Source: Planctomycetota bacterium
GTDB taxonomy: Bacteria > Planctomycetota > GCA-002687715 > DRQF01
Direction of reading: 5' to 3'
NCBI GenBank assembly: GCA_027001995.1
Contig: JALTLO010000141.1
Location: forward strand, 21,253-41,742
DNA length: 20,490 bases
Shown here: positions 1 to 8,040 of the stretch, one piece after another
How the letters are laid out: every line of letters begins with the position of its first letter
How positions within the stretch are numbered: the first letter of the stretch is position 1
Made by a program: the position numbers and the translations under genes
Notes under the pieces: model-generated
The model's database searches: none
Told to the model about the DNA's origin: nothing
The model's input: the letters and a program-made list of their open reading frames with translations, nothing else

Positions 1-1
1 G

Positions 2-109
2 GACAAGGAATCAGCGCCTCCCGCTGTTCCAGCCGAAGTCCTGGACGTGGCTGCCAACCGCTACCTGGAAATCTACGAATTACTGGTAGGCAAGCCCCTC
101 GGATTTTAA
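2..109 (+). CDS. purC: SAICAR synthetase, 3' end (partial, runs in from the window edge)
   Basis: Manual translation from base 2: DKESAPPAVPAEVLDVAANRYLEIYELLVGKPLGF-TAA(107-109). Resembles the PurC C-terminus (WDKxxPPPxLPxEV...RYxExYExLTG) and lies directly upstream of purE. Confidence 0.8.
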   Translation, partial: DKESAPPAVPAEVLDVAANRYLEIYELLVGKPLGF

Positions 110-173
110 TCGCCTCGGACCAAGAACAAACGAACTATTGACCACTGACCCAACATAAACGGAGTGACCAAGA

Positions 174-683
174 ATGAGTGATCCAAAAGTCTTGATCTTA
201 ATGGGCAGCGAATCTGATTTCGAAGCCATGAAACCTTGCATTGAAGTGTTAGCGGAATTCGACGTAGCCAACGAAGTCACTGTTGCTTCGGCCCATCGAA
301 CCCCTCACGTTGTGGAACGCCTAGCAAGAGAAGCGGAAGGAAGGGGAATCAAAGTCATCATCTGTGCTGCGGGTATGTCAGCCCACTTGGCCGGAGTTGT
401 GGCGGCTTACACCATTCTCCCCGTCATTGGTGTTCCCATGGAGGCCGCCGCACTGAAGGGCCTGGATGCTCTTTATTCCATTGTCCAGATGCCTGGGGGC
501 ATTCCTGTGGCCTGCATGGGCATTGGCAAACACGGAGGTAAGAACGCTGCCTATCAGTCAGTTCAAATCTTAGCTCTCAGTGACACGAAACTCCGTGATC
601 GCCTGTTTGCCTATCGTGACGAGCTATCCGACAAGGTCGCAGCCATGGACCAACGTGTTCAAGCTCAACTAGGCCGAGAATAG
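174..683 (+). CDS. purE: N5-carboxyaminoimidazole ribonucleotide mutase (class I PurE)
   Basis: Motifs MGSESD, SAHRTP, AAGMSAHLAGVVA, LPVIGVP, GLDALYSIVQMPGGIPVA; GGAG upstream of the ATG. Confidence 0.97.
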   Translation: MSDPKVLILMGSESDFEAMKPCIEVLAEFDVANEVTVASAHRTPHVVERLAREAEGRGIKVIICAAGMSAHLAGVVAAYTILPVIGVPMEAAALKGLDALYSIVQMPGGIPVACMGIGKHGGKNAAYQSVQILALSDTKLRDRLFAYRDELSDKVAAMDQRVQAQLGRE

Positions 684-691
684 GACAAGAA

Positions 692-1747
692 ATGGGCCCT
701 TCAAACCCCACGCTTACTTGGGAAGGGGACGTAGGTGGCTACGTTTCCATGATCGACCAAACTCGCTTACCCCAAGAGTTGCTCTACGTGGCCATACGAG
801 ACAAAGAAGCAATGTGGGACGCTATCCAGCGCCTCGTCATTCGCGGTGCTCCCGCCATTGGGGTAGCAGCCGCCTACGGCGTGGTGCTCGGCGCCCAGGA
901 GTTTGAAGGGTCCGACGTCCATCTGTTCCAAAAACATGTCCGCTCAGTGATGGACTACTTAGCCACCTCCAGGCCCACGGCAGTCAATCTATTTTGGGCT
1001 CTTGAGCGAATGAGAACCCGCCTCAAAGCCCTTGATGGCCAAGACCCCAGGGACCAAAAGGCCGCTCTCTTCCTGGAATCCTGCCTCATTCACCAAGAAG
1101 ACAAAGCCATTTGTGCTGAACTTGGCCGCGTAGGGGCTCAACTGGTGGAATCGGGAGATACCCTGCTCACCCATTGCAATGCAGGAGCCTTGGCCACAGG
1201 GGGATCAGGCACGGCCCTCAGTGTCATGTTCCACGCCCATGAGGAAGGCCGAAGATTTCGGGTCTTCGTTGATGAGACACGGCCCCTGCTCCAAGGTTCT
1301 CGCCTCACAGCTTGGGAATTGATGCAGGCGGGGATCAACGCCACTTTGATTTGCGACAACATGGCGGCCCATGCCATGAAAACCCAGGGAATCACCCGCA
1401 TTTTCGTCGGGGCTGACCGTATCGCGGCCAATGGGGATGCTTGCAACAAAATAGGCACTTATGGCGTCGCCATAGCGGCCCAGGCCCACAATATTCCCTT
1501 CTATATCGTAGCTCCCAAATCTACTTTCGATTTATCCCTGTCCACAGGGGCGGAAATCCCCATCGAAGAACGAGCATCCGAAGAAATCACCGCCTTCTAT
1601 GGTCACAGGTGTGCCCCTGAAGACGTGCAAACATGGTCTCCCGCCTTCGACGTCACACCTCATCAGCTCATCACCGGTATTGTGACGGAGAAAGGGCTCA
1701 TTAGCCCCCTGAGCCCCGAAGCAATCGAAGAAACTCTCAACTCTTAG
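692..1747 (+). CDS. mtnA: S-methyl-5-thioribose-1-phosphate isomerase (methionine salvage)
   Basis: Motifs IDQTRLP, IRGAPAIG, SRPTAVNL, LTHCNAGALAT, DETRPLLQGSRLT, GADRIAANGD, NKIGTY, PAFDVTP. Confidence 0.95.
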   Translation: MGPSNPTLTWEGDVGGYVSMIDQTRLPQELLYVAIRDKEAMWDAIQRLVIRGAPAIGVAAAYGVVLGAQEFEGSDVHLFQKHVRSVMDYLATSRPTAVNLFWALERMRTRLKALDGQDPRDQKAALFLESCLIHQEDKAICAELGRVGAQLVESGDTLLTHCNAGALATGGSGTALSVMFHAHEEGRRFRVFVDETRPLLQGSRLTAWELMQAGINATLICDNMAAHAMKTQGITRIFVGADRIAANGDACNKIGTYGVAIAAQAHNIPFYIVAPKSTFDLSLSTGAEIPIEERASEEITAFYGHRCAPEDVQTWSPAFDVTPHQLITGIVTEKGLISPLSPEAIEETLNS

Positions 1748-1882
1748 TACCCAGAGCGCTGAGTAATCATTCCCCCAATCATTCTTTTAAGATATAGATC
1801 ATTCTGAACGATACTGGTATTGAGAGACTTTGAAACCACGCTGTCCATCCTTCGGGCTGGTCGGTCTTGTGGAGAGAGACGA

Positions 1883-2086
1883 ATGGCGATTCCCGATCGT
1901 GACACGGAGATCGCAATGACGACACCCAGCTCAGGCCGAAAAATTTCGCACTACGCCACACCGGTGAAAGATGATGAACTTGAGTTCATCCGCGCCATCA
2001 AAGCGTTTCAGGACGAAATGAACGTACCATTCCCCAGCTGGAGCGAGGTGTTGCAGGTCTTGAAGAACTTGGGCTACCACAAGTAG
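1883..2086 (+). CDS. Small hypothetical protein (67 aa)
   Basis: ATG at 1883 preceded by GGAGAGAG. The C-terminal ELEFIRAIKAFQ...PFPSWSEVLQVLKNLGY resembles a small uncharacterised protein type I recall from planctomycetes (not verified). Followed by a terminator. Confidence 0.7.
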   Translation: MAIPDRDTEIAMTTPSSGRKISHYATPVKDDELEFIRAIKAFQDEMNVPFPSWSEVLQVLKNLGYHK

Positions 2087-2110
2087 ATCCAAGTCTTCGC
2101 CGTAGAATCT

Positions 2111-2168
2111 GAAATGGTGGCTGATTCCCTGGTGCCTTTTGGGGATAAGTCACCATTTCTTTTTTTTT
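2111..2168 (+). terminator. Rho-independent terminator between convergent genes
   Basis: GAAATGGTGGCT (2111-2122) pairs with AGTCACCATTTC (2148-2159), with inner TCCC/GGGA pairing, followed by T9 (2160-2168). Confidence 0.8.
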
Positions 2169-2210
2169 GGCCGCCTTGGGAAGAGCTGACCAAAAACGCT
2201 CGACTTAGGA

Positions 2211-2444
2211 TCAGTCGGCGGCTTTTTCGGCCTCAGCACGTTTAGTCATGTAAACCAATGTGCCGATAGTACCCCCAACCATAAGAACCGGCAAAGAAAC
2301 CATCATAACGATGGACATGAACCACTCTTTGGTATCTGGCTTGTTCTCAGCAGAAGCGACCGCTTCCCCACAATTCGGTCAGGCAAAAACATCACTGACC
2401 AAAAAGAGCCACACGGCGATGGTAATGAAGACAAGTCGTTTCAT
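2211..2444 (-). CDS. Candidate small exported, membrane-anchored selenoprotein with UxxC motif (77 aa with UGA read as Sec), last gene of the oxidase operon
   Basis: ATG at 2444-2442 overlaps the cyoE stop (ATGA). Translation: MKRLVFITIAVWLFLVSDVFA-TGA(2381-2379)-PNCGEAVASAENKPDTKEWFMSIVMMVSLPVLMVGGTIGTLVYMTKRAEAEKAAD-TGA(2213-2211). Signal-peptide-like N-terminus, then UPNC, then a TM helix, with a SECIS-like hairpin after the TGA. Confidence 0.72.
2352..2381 (-). promoter_or_regulatory. Putative bacterial SECIS element with its UGA codon
   Basis: mRNA UGA-CCGAAUUGUGG(11 nt)-GGAAGC-GGUC-GCUUCU: a 6-bp stem starting 11 nt after UGA with a GGUC apical loop. Similar geometry and GGUC core to the E. 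coli fdhF SECIS. Confidence 0.62.
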
Positions 2445-3313
2445 GATTGACGATCCACAACCAACAAAAACATCAAGATCGTGATGTGAACAATCGTTCC
2501 CCTCAGCAGAAGTCGAGCCACCATTTCGTCTCGACGGCGATAGAAGAACACACCGAGGCCTAACAGTCCGAGGCCAAGCAGAGGCGCCACCACCCCATAG
2601 GTGACACCGGCCCAACCCAATCGGGCTGGAAGCAGCGTGACCAAAGTCAAAAGACATGAGTTGATCAGAACTTGTCGAGCCGTTCTTTCTCCATCGGGGT
2701 CAACGGAGGACAACATGCGATAGCCTGCTTGGGCGTAGTCTTTGCGATAGATCCAGCCTAAAGCCAAAAAGTGAGGGTATTGCCAAACAAAGAGAATGGT
2801 GAACAGCACCCAAGCTTCTAAGTCGATGTTGGCAGTTACCGCTGTCCACCCCATCATCGGCGGGATAGCACCAGGAATTGCGCCCACGGCCGTGTTCCAG
2901 GGGGTCAGCCGCTTCATCGGTGTATACACCAAGACATAGGAGAGAACGCAAAGGCCTCCCAAGATAGCCGTGAGCCCATTCACGCCCACGGCCAACCAGC
3001 CGACTCCCACAACACTCAGAAGAATGCCATAAATGAGAGCATAGGTTGGCGTCACCTGCCCGGAAGGTAAAGGACGATTTCGAGTGCGCTCCATCAAGCT
3101 ATCGTGACCTCGCTCCAAAAATTGGTTGAGGACGATGGAGCCCCCTCCAGACAAGCCGGCCCCCATGAGCAGATGAAACAGCCTCATCCATTCAACCGCA
3201 CCGGTTTTGGCCAAGAAAAAACCAGCAGCCGTCGTCACAAGAACGACAACCATAGCCCTTGGCTTGGTCATAACCAGATATTTGGCAACAAGAGGACGCA
3301 TCAATGGGATCAA
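2441..3313 (-). CDS. cyoE: Protoheme IX farnesyltransferase (heme o synthase)
   Basis: TKPR, LNQFLERGHDSLMERTRNRPLPSG, YTPMKR, GAIPGAIPPMMGW, WQYPHF, DYAQAG; multiple TM helices. Start is TTG 3313 or ATG 3301. Confidence 0.95.
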   Translation of the reverse strand: MIPLMRPLVAKYLVMTKPRAMVVVLVTTAAGFFLAKTGAVEWMRLFHLLMGAGLSGGGSIVLNQFLERGHDSLMERTRNRPLPSGQVTPTYALIYGILLSVVGVGWLAVGVNGLTAILGGLCVLSYVLVYTPMKRLTPWNTAVGAIPGAIPPMMGWTAVTANIDLEAWVLFTILFVWQYPHFLALGWIYRKDYAQAGYRMLSSVDPDGERTARQVLINSCLLTLVTLLPARLGWAGVTYGVVAPLLGLGLLGLGVFFYRRRDEMVARLLLRGTIVHITILMFLLVVDRQS

Positions 3314-3330
3314 TACCTATTCGCTTGACC

Positions 3331-3354
3331 GGGAAGCGACCATTGTCGCTTCCC
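3331..3354. repeat. Perfect 10-bp intergenic hairpin between the subunit I gene and cyoE
   Basis: GGGAAGCGAC-CATT-GTCGCTTCCC; no U-tract on the transcribed (minus) strand. Confidence 0.7.
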
Positions 3355-3373
3355 CTCGGGCAGATTGCTTAGC

Positions 3374-5188
3374 TTAGTTCGCTGCTTCGACTGTAGTAGA
3401 AGAAGGAACTGGCGTGCCGTCTTCGATGTGCTGAGGAGCAAAATCTTCCTTCATATCAGGATGACTGAACTCGTAAGGACCACGATAAACTTGGATGGGG
3501 CCGACAAAGTTGCCATGGGGTGGAGGCGTCGGTGCTGCCCACTCCAAGCTGTTTGCTCGCCATGGGTTGTCAGGAGCCTTGGCACCACGATAGAGGCTGG
3601 CAAAGACGTTGATGAAGAAGGGGATTTGGGAAAGGCCCAAACAAATCGCCGAAACTGTCATGAACTGGTTTGCCCAGTGGAAATCAGCCAAGAACTCGTA
3701 ACCCGCGCTGTGCTCTTCACTCCAAGCACCCACAGCGATACGGCGGGGATGCCCTTGGGTTCCCACGTAATGCATCAACATGAACGTGCCGTTCAAGAAC
3801 AACAGTGTCAACCAGAAATGAATCTTGCCCAAGGTCTTATTCATCATGCGGCCAAACATCTTGGGGTACCAATAGTAAACCGCAGCAAAGATAGACATGA
3901 CCGTGGAGGCGAACACCACGTAATGAATGTGAGCAACAATAAAATAAGTGTCATGAATGTGGATGTCCACCGGCGTTGCGGCCATGAAAATACCGGACAA
4001 ACCACCAATGATGAACATACCCACGAAGGACAAAGCAAAGAGCATGGGTACTTCGAAGTGAAGTTGACCCCGCCAAATGGTGCCCAACCAGTTGAATACT
4101 TTGACCGCACTGGGGAGAGCAATAAACATGGTCGACACCATGAAAGTCAGACCAAGGTAAGGGTTCATGCCTGATTGGAACATGTGATGTCCCCAGACGA
4201 AGAAACCTAAACCGGTGATTCCTGCCATGGAGAAGACCATCGGCTTGTAACCAAAAATTGGCTTCCGAGAGAACGTTGCCAGGATGTCGGAGACAATACC
4301 CATGCCTGGGAGAATCATGATGTAAACAGCCGGGTGGCTGTAGAACCAGAAAAGATGCTGAAACAAGAGGACCTGCCCGCCACCAGCTTTGACCACTTGG
4401 CCAACACCGTCTGGACCAGAGTAAATCTGACCAGCCTTCACCAATCCATCTGGGCAGAAGAAACTGGTGCCAGCGACGCGATCCATGAACACCATGATCA
4501 AGTTGGATGCCAAAACGGGTGTGGCCAAAAGCGTCAAAATCGAAGTGATGAAGATGGACCAAACAACCAAAGGCATACGGAAGAGTGTCATGCCAGGAGC
4601 ACGGAACTTGAGCACAGTGGTGATGTAGTTGACAGCACCCATGACACCAGAGAAACCAGTGAAGAGAACACCTAAGGCCCAAAGGGTCACACCGTTGCCT
4701 TCTTGAATGGCGGATAGGGGTGGATAGGCCGTCCAACCAGCTCCACTTGGTCCCCCTTCAACAAAGAATCCAGCCAGCATGAAGATGGCCCCAGGCCAGA
4801 ACATCCAGAAACTCCACATGTTCAGGCGAGGGAAAATCATGTCCGGTGCCCCCAACATGAGGGGAATACACCAGTTACCGAAAAAACCCACCAAGAGCGG
4901 AATAATGACCAAAAAGATCATGACCGAAGCATGCATGGTGACGGCGGCGTAATAGTTCTCAGGAGAGAATTTGCCAAACATAGGAACACTGGTGAAAGGC
5001 CACGCCAGTTGCCAACGCACGGCAATGGCAAGGAGACCGCCCAAGATGAAAAGCAGAATACCGGAGAACAAGAATTGCTTGGCAATCATCTTGTGGTCAA
5101 CAGTGAAGAAGTACTTCTGAATGAAGCTCTCTTCGTGGTGACCGTGATCGCCGTGGTCGGATGCTGCTGCTGAAGCTGCTGCGCTCAT
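3374..5188 (-). CDS. ctaD: Heme-copper (cytochrome c) oxidase subunit I, A2 type
   Basis: DHKMI, TMHAS, PDMIFPRLN (D-channel), GWTAYPPLS, WFYSHPAVY (YS motif of A2), VWGHHMF, AVKVFNW (K-channel), HDTYFIVAHIHY, PRR. Confidence 0.97.
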   Translation of the reverse strand: MSAAASAAASDHGDHGHHEESFIQKYFFTVDHKMIAKQFLFSGILLFILGGLLAIAVRWQLAWPFTSVPMFGKFSPENYYAAVTMHASVMIFLVIIPLLVGFFGNWCIPLMLGAPDMIFPRLNMWSFWMFWPGAIFMLAGFFVEGGPSGAGWTAYPPLSAIQEGNGVTLWALGVLFTGFSGVMGAVNYITTVLKFRAPGMTLFRMPLVVWSIFITSILTLLATPVLASNLIMVFMDRVAGTSFFCPDGLVKAGQIYSGPDGVGQVVKAGGGQVLLFQHLFWFYSHPAVYIMILPGMGIVSDILATFSRKPIFGYKPMVFSMAGITGLGFFVWGHHMFQSGMNPYLGLTFMVSTMFIALPSAVKVFNWLGTIWRGQLHFEVPMLFALSFVGMFIIGGLSGIFMAATPVDIHIHDTYFIVAHIHYVVFASTVMSIFAAVYYWYPKMFGRMMNKTLGKIHFWLTLLFLNGTFMLMHYVGTQGHPRRIAVGAWSEEHSAGYEFLADFHWANQFMTVSAICLGLSQIPFFINVFASLYRGAKAPDNPWRANSLEWAAPTPPPHGNFVGPIQVYRGPYEFSHPDMKEDFAPQHIEDGTPVPSSTTVEAAN

Positions 5189-5236
5189 ACTATTTCCTCA
5201 GAAGTGTCGTTGGCAACAAACCAACGCCCCTTTGTG

Positions 5237-6073
5237 TTATTTCTTCTCATCAAATTCCGATGGGCGCCAGAAACGAAAGTTCTGGGTCGGGCTCTCGTAA
5301 TCTATGCCACCTTGTTTTGCCGAAAGCTCAGCCATTTTGGCGTCCCAATCGTCAGGCTCTAAGACTTCCATGCCAGCACGCATCAGGTAATGGGAAGCGC
5401 CGCAAAGCTCGGCGCAGGCAATTTCGTACTTGCCAGCTTTGTTGGCCTCAAACCAGCCTGTGATGGTGAGTCCCGGAACCAAATCTTGCTTAAAGCGCAA
5501 GACAGGCATGTAAAGGGAGTGAATCACATCAATGGAGCGCATCTGAAGAACAACGGGACGATCCTTGGGGACAATCAACTGGTTCTCCACGGTGAAATCG
5601 TCATCTGTGCCCCACTCGCCATCGGGCCCTTGATAACGGAAATTCCAACTGAATTGTTGGGCCAAGACATGAACTTGGACAGCACCATCTTCGGCGGTTG
5701 GAAAAGTCTCTGGGTCTTTGATGTCTTGCCAGACGCCAAATTGAATCACCGCCAAGAGCATCAGGATGATAGCAGGGATAGCCGTCCAAATGACCTCTGT
5801 CTTATAGTGACCATGGGTATGGTAGGCCTTGCCGCCTTCCTTGGCTCGATACTTGATGATGAAGTAGATCAAGAGCCCTTCTGTGCCAATGAAAACAACA
5901 CCCGTGAGCCAAAAGATCAACCAAAACAGATCGTCGATCTTTTCGGCATGCTCAGAGATCGCCTCAGGAAGAAGGAGACCATGGCCACTTTCTTGGCCAA
6001 AAGCAACCGAGCTCAGGCTTAGGATCGTCAGGATCGGCAAGAGGAGCCGAGCTCCAAAGCGTTTCCAGTTCAT
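5237..6073 (-). CDS. ctaC: Cytochrome c oxidase subunit II (CuA), no fused cytochrome c
   Basis: EVIWTAIP, QQFSWNFRY, DVIHSL, CAELCGASHYLM CuA ligands. Start set at ATG 6073 (MNWKRF) because AAGGAG lies just upstream and a signal peptide follows. Confidence 0.95.
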   Translation of the reverse strand: MNWKRFGARLLLPILTILSLSSVAFGQESGHGLLLPEAISEHAEKIDDLFWLIFWLTGVVFIGTEGLLIYFIIKYRAKEGGKAYHTHGHYKTEVIWTAIPAIILMLLAVIQFGVWQDIKDPETFPTAEDGAVQVHVLAQQFSWNFRYQGPDGEWGTDDDFTVENQLIVPKDRPVVLQMRSIDVIHSLYMPVLRFKQDLVPGLTITGWFEANKAGKYEIACAELCGASHYLMRAGMEVLEPDDWDAKMAELSAKQGGIDYESPTQNFRFWRPSEFDEKK

Positions 6074-6144
6074 AGGGTGATTCTCCTTTTGAGTCCCTAT
6101 TGAGTTCTTCACGGCCCTCGGGCCGTTGTGAGTGAATTTGAACA

Positions 6145-7044
6145 TCAGCGACGGAACTCCGCATTGATGCTTGCGACTTTACCCGCTTCGACAACGATCG
6201 TCTGTGGCGTGGTTTTCATGTCCGCACGCTCATGGGCAAAGCTGATTTCATAGGTGCCAGGGGGCAAATTCTTGATCTCAAAGGAACCATCTTCGCTGGT
6301 CACAGCGTAGAAAGGATGAGTCAGAATAAACACCGGGGCACGCATCCAAGGGTGGATATCGCAAGAGAAGCTGGCGCCCAACTCAGGTTGAGCCAAGAAC
6401 TCGCTGTCCGATTGAGGGCCAGGCTGTGTGTTGTTGATTTCAGGGTTGCCCAGACCAGTGAAGTGATAATTGTGACTGGTATTGTCACTGTTGCGAACCT
6501 GCAACTCTTGCCCAGTCATAGCAGCCACAACATGGGGAACGTAACGGCAACCGTTTTGGTCAACCAATTGGGACTTGGAATAGGGCTCGAAGGTAAAACG
6601 ATTGAAACCCTTGGAGACATAGACCACGACGTTCTTGAGCCCCCCGGCATTCGAGACCAAGAGGTCTTCGGTCCGGAGCTCCCCAGATTGAACGCAAAAA
6701 GGAGTCTTGGAGGTGTTGATCAATTTCGTCTTGGCTGCTTTACCAGCGTATTTGATCAAACCCTTGACTGCACCGGAGTTAGCGATACCTCCGCCAGCGA
6801 TGGCATCCGCCGACAAAACAGCCATGTCCCCAGAAGCCGGGCCAAACTCGCCGTCATCAGAGCTAAAGCCGGCCCCTTCAGTCCCTTTATCTCCCCGATA
6901 GCGAGGATCATGGGCAGCCCGGTACTCTCTGTAATTCTGTGGACCACGACGCTTAGGGGCCCCGCCGTCACAGCCCACGAGGGGCAGTAAACAGGCCAAC
7001 AGAGCCAGTGTGATCATTTGTGATGCGAATTTGCCGTGAGACAT
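6145..7044 (-). CDS. Lipoprotein with cupredoxin-like domain nested in a carboxypeptidase-regulatory-like beta domain
   Basis: Lipobox LVGC; DQNGCRYVPHV, NSDNTSHNYH, CDIHPWM (His...Cys-x2-His-x2-Met, type-1 Cu ligand pattern); DGSFEIKNLPPGTYEI. Start ATG 7044 preferred over TTG 7068. Confidence 0.75.
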   Translation of the reverse strand: MSHGKFASQMITLALLACLLPLVGCDGGAPKRRGPQNYREYRAAHDPRYRGDKGTEGAGFSSDDGEFGPASGDMAVLSADAIAGGGIANSGAVKGLIKYAGKAAKTKLINTSKTPFCVQSGELRTEDLLVSNAGGLKNVVVYVSKGFNRFTFEPYSKSQLVDQNGCRYVPHVVAAMTGQELQVRNSDNTSHNYHFTGLGNPEINNTQPGPQSDSEFLAQPELGASFSCDIHPWMRAPVFILTHPFYAVTSEDGSFEIKNLPPGTYEISFAHERADMKTTPQTIVVEAGKVASINAEFRR

Positions 7045-7353
7045 CAAAATCCCTTTTTCCTGCGACAAGCCGTGGAGCCAAACTACGAAGCAAACGGTTC
7101 AAGAGTGACATGAAGCCGAATCAGACAAAATGGACGGACCATCTCCCTAAGTCGGGCCTCCATGCCCCCCACATCTATAGCGATTTCAGGGAATTTAGCA
7201 AGGCTTAGGCTCTCTAACTAGGGCTGCAGGGGGGTGCGTCTTTTTGTCCCTAAGGTGCTTCCCCTGGCACATTTCCCCAGCTCTTTGATGGGGTCTCCCC
7301 CAACGGCTGGATAAGGTAGGGAAAGCTTCTTTATTCCCTCAATAGGAAAAGTC

Positions 7354-8040
7354 ATGAGCGAATCCTCCGACAGCAACAAAATCGTGATCGGCGTGGTGAC
7401 CACCGCTTGCATTTTCTTGGCCCTTGTGGCGGCCTGGAGTCTCTCATCCCAAAAACTCGACTTAAAGAAGGAGCTCCGAGACCGCAAGAATGTGGAATCT
7501 CCCATCTCCAAGGGGAAGACTGAGACCCTGGGGGCTGACAAGATCAATATTCCCGTCCCACCTTTCCGCTTTCCATGTGCAACTGGGGGGGAATTCGGCT
7601 CTGACGACCTAAAAGGAAAACTCTGGGTGGCGGAGTTCATGTTCACCAGCTGTGGCGGTTTCTGCCCAGAAATGAGCAAAATGACGGAATTGCTCCAAGA
7701 TCGGACAGAAGATCTCCCCGACTTGCATTTTGTCAGCTTCACGGTGGACCCTGAGCGAGACACACTTTTAGCACTGAAAGAATATGGCGAGGAATATCAC
7801 GCAGACAACAAGCGCTGGCATTTCTTGCGGGCCAAATTAGAAGAAGTCCATGCTCTGGGCAGAAAGGGCTTTTTTCTCCTCAATGACACCGACTCCCTGG
7901 TTCACTCTAAGAAAGTGGCCTTGGTCGACCGAAATGGGAGAATTCGTGGTTACTTTGATGGCGCTGGCCCAGAGCGCGTCTCCGACTTCAAGGCTTTGGA
8001 GCTTCTGATTCGAGACATCTATGAAGAAGGTGACCAATAA
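7354..8040 (+). CDS. SCO1/SenC family copper chaperone
   Basis: N-terminal TM anchor; FMFTSCGGFCP (CxxxC), SFTVDPERDT, conserved His in LVHSKKVALVDRNGRIRGY. Confidence 0.93.
   Translation: MSESSDSNKIVIGVVTTACIFLALVAAWSLSSQKLDLKKELRDRKNVESPISKGKTETLGADKINIPVPPFRFPCATGGEFGSDDLKGKLWVAEFMFTSCGGFCPEMSKMTELLQDRTEDLPDLHFVSFTVDPERDTLLALKEYGEEYHADNKRWHFLRAKLEEVHALGRKGFFLLNDTDSLVHSKKVALVDRNGRIRGYFDGAGPERVSDFKALELLIRDIYEEGDQ

Noticed and set aside
2..1747. purC-purE-mtnA linkage with no adjacent purK
   Set aside because: Housekeeping gene order varies widely; purK may be elsewhere and cannot be judged from this window.
1766..1804. Three copies of ATCATTC in the AT-rich intergenic region
   Set aside because: Short and irregularly spaced (12 and 20 nt); insufficient for a repeat array or operator call.
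2260..2484. 74-aa plus-strand ORF
   Set aside because: Antisense shadow of the UxxC membrane protein; no recognisable motif, and it starts downstream of a + strand terminator.
2379..2657. 92-aa minus-strand ORF from the track
   Set aside because: Most of it overlaps cyoE out of frame. Only its last 21 codons (from ATG 2444) appear real, as the N-terminus of the UxxC gene.
3365..4174. Long antisense or alternate-frame ORFs (also 5390-6022, 6232-6990, 10021-10731, 13786-14295)
   Set aside because: They overlap well-supported genes, carry no motifs, and are expected from codon bias.
6074..6145. 24-codon N-terminal extension of subunit II in the ORF track
   Set aside because: AAGGAG precedes ATG 6073, which is followed by a proper signal peptide.
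6109..6147. Second possible Sec site: TGA stop of the cupredoxin lipoprotein followed by TGT and a hairpin (6111-6126)
   Set aside because: The protein ends at a natural domain boundary, read-through adds only 11 codons, and the hairpin loop lacks the GGU signature. More likely an intergenic mRNA hairpin.
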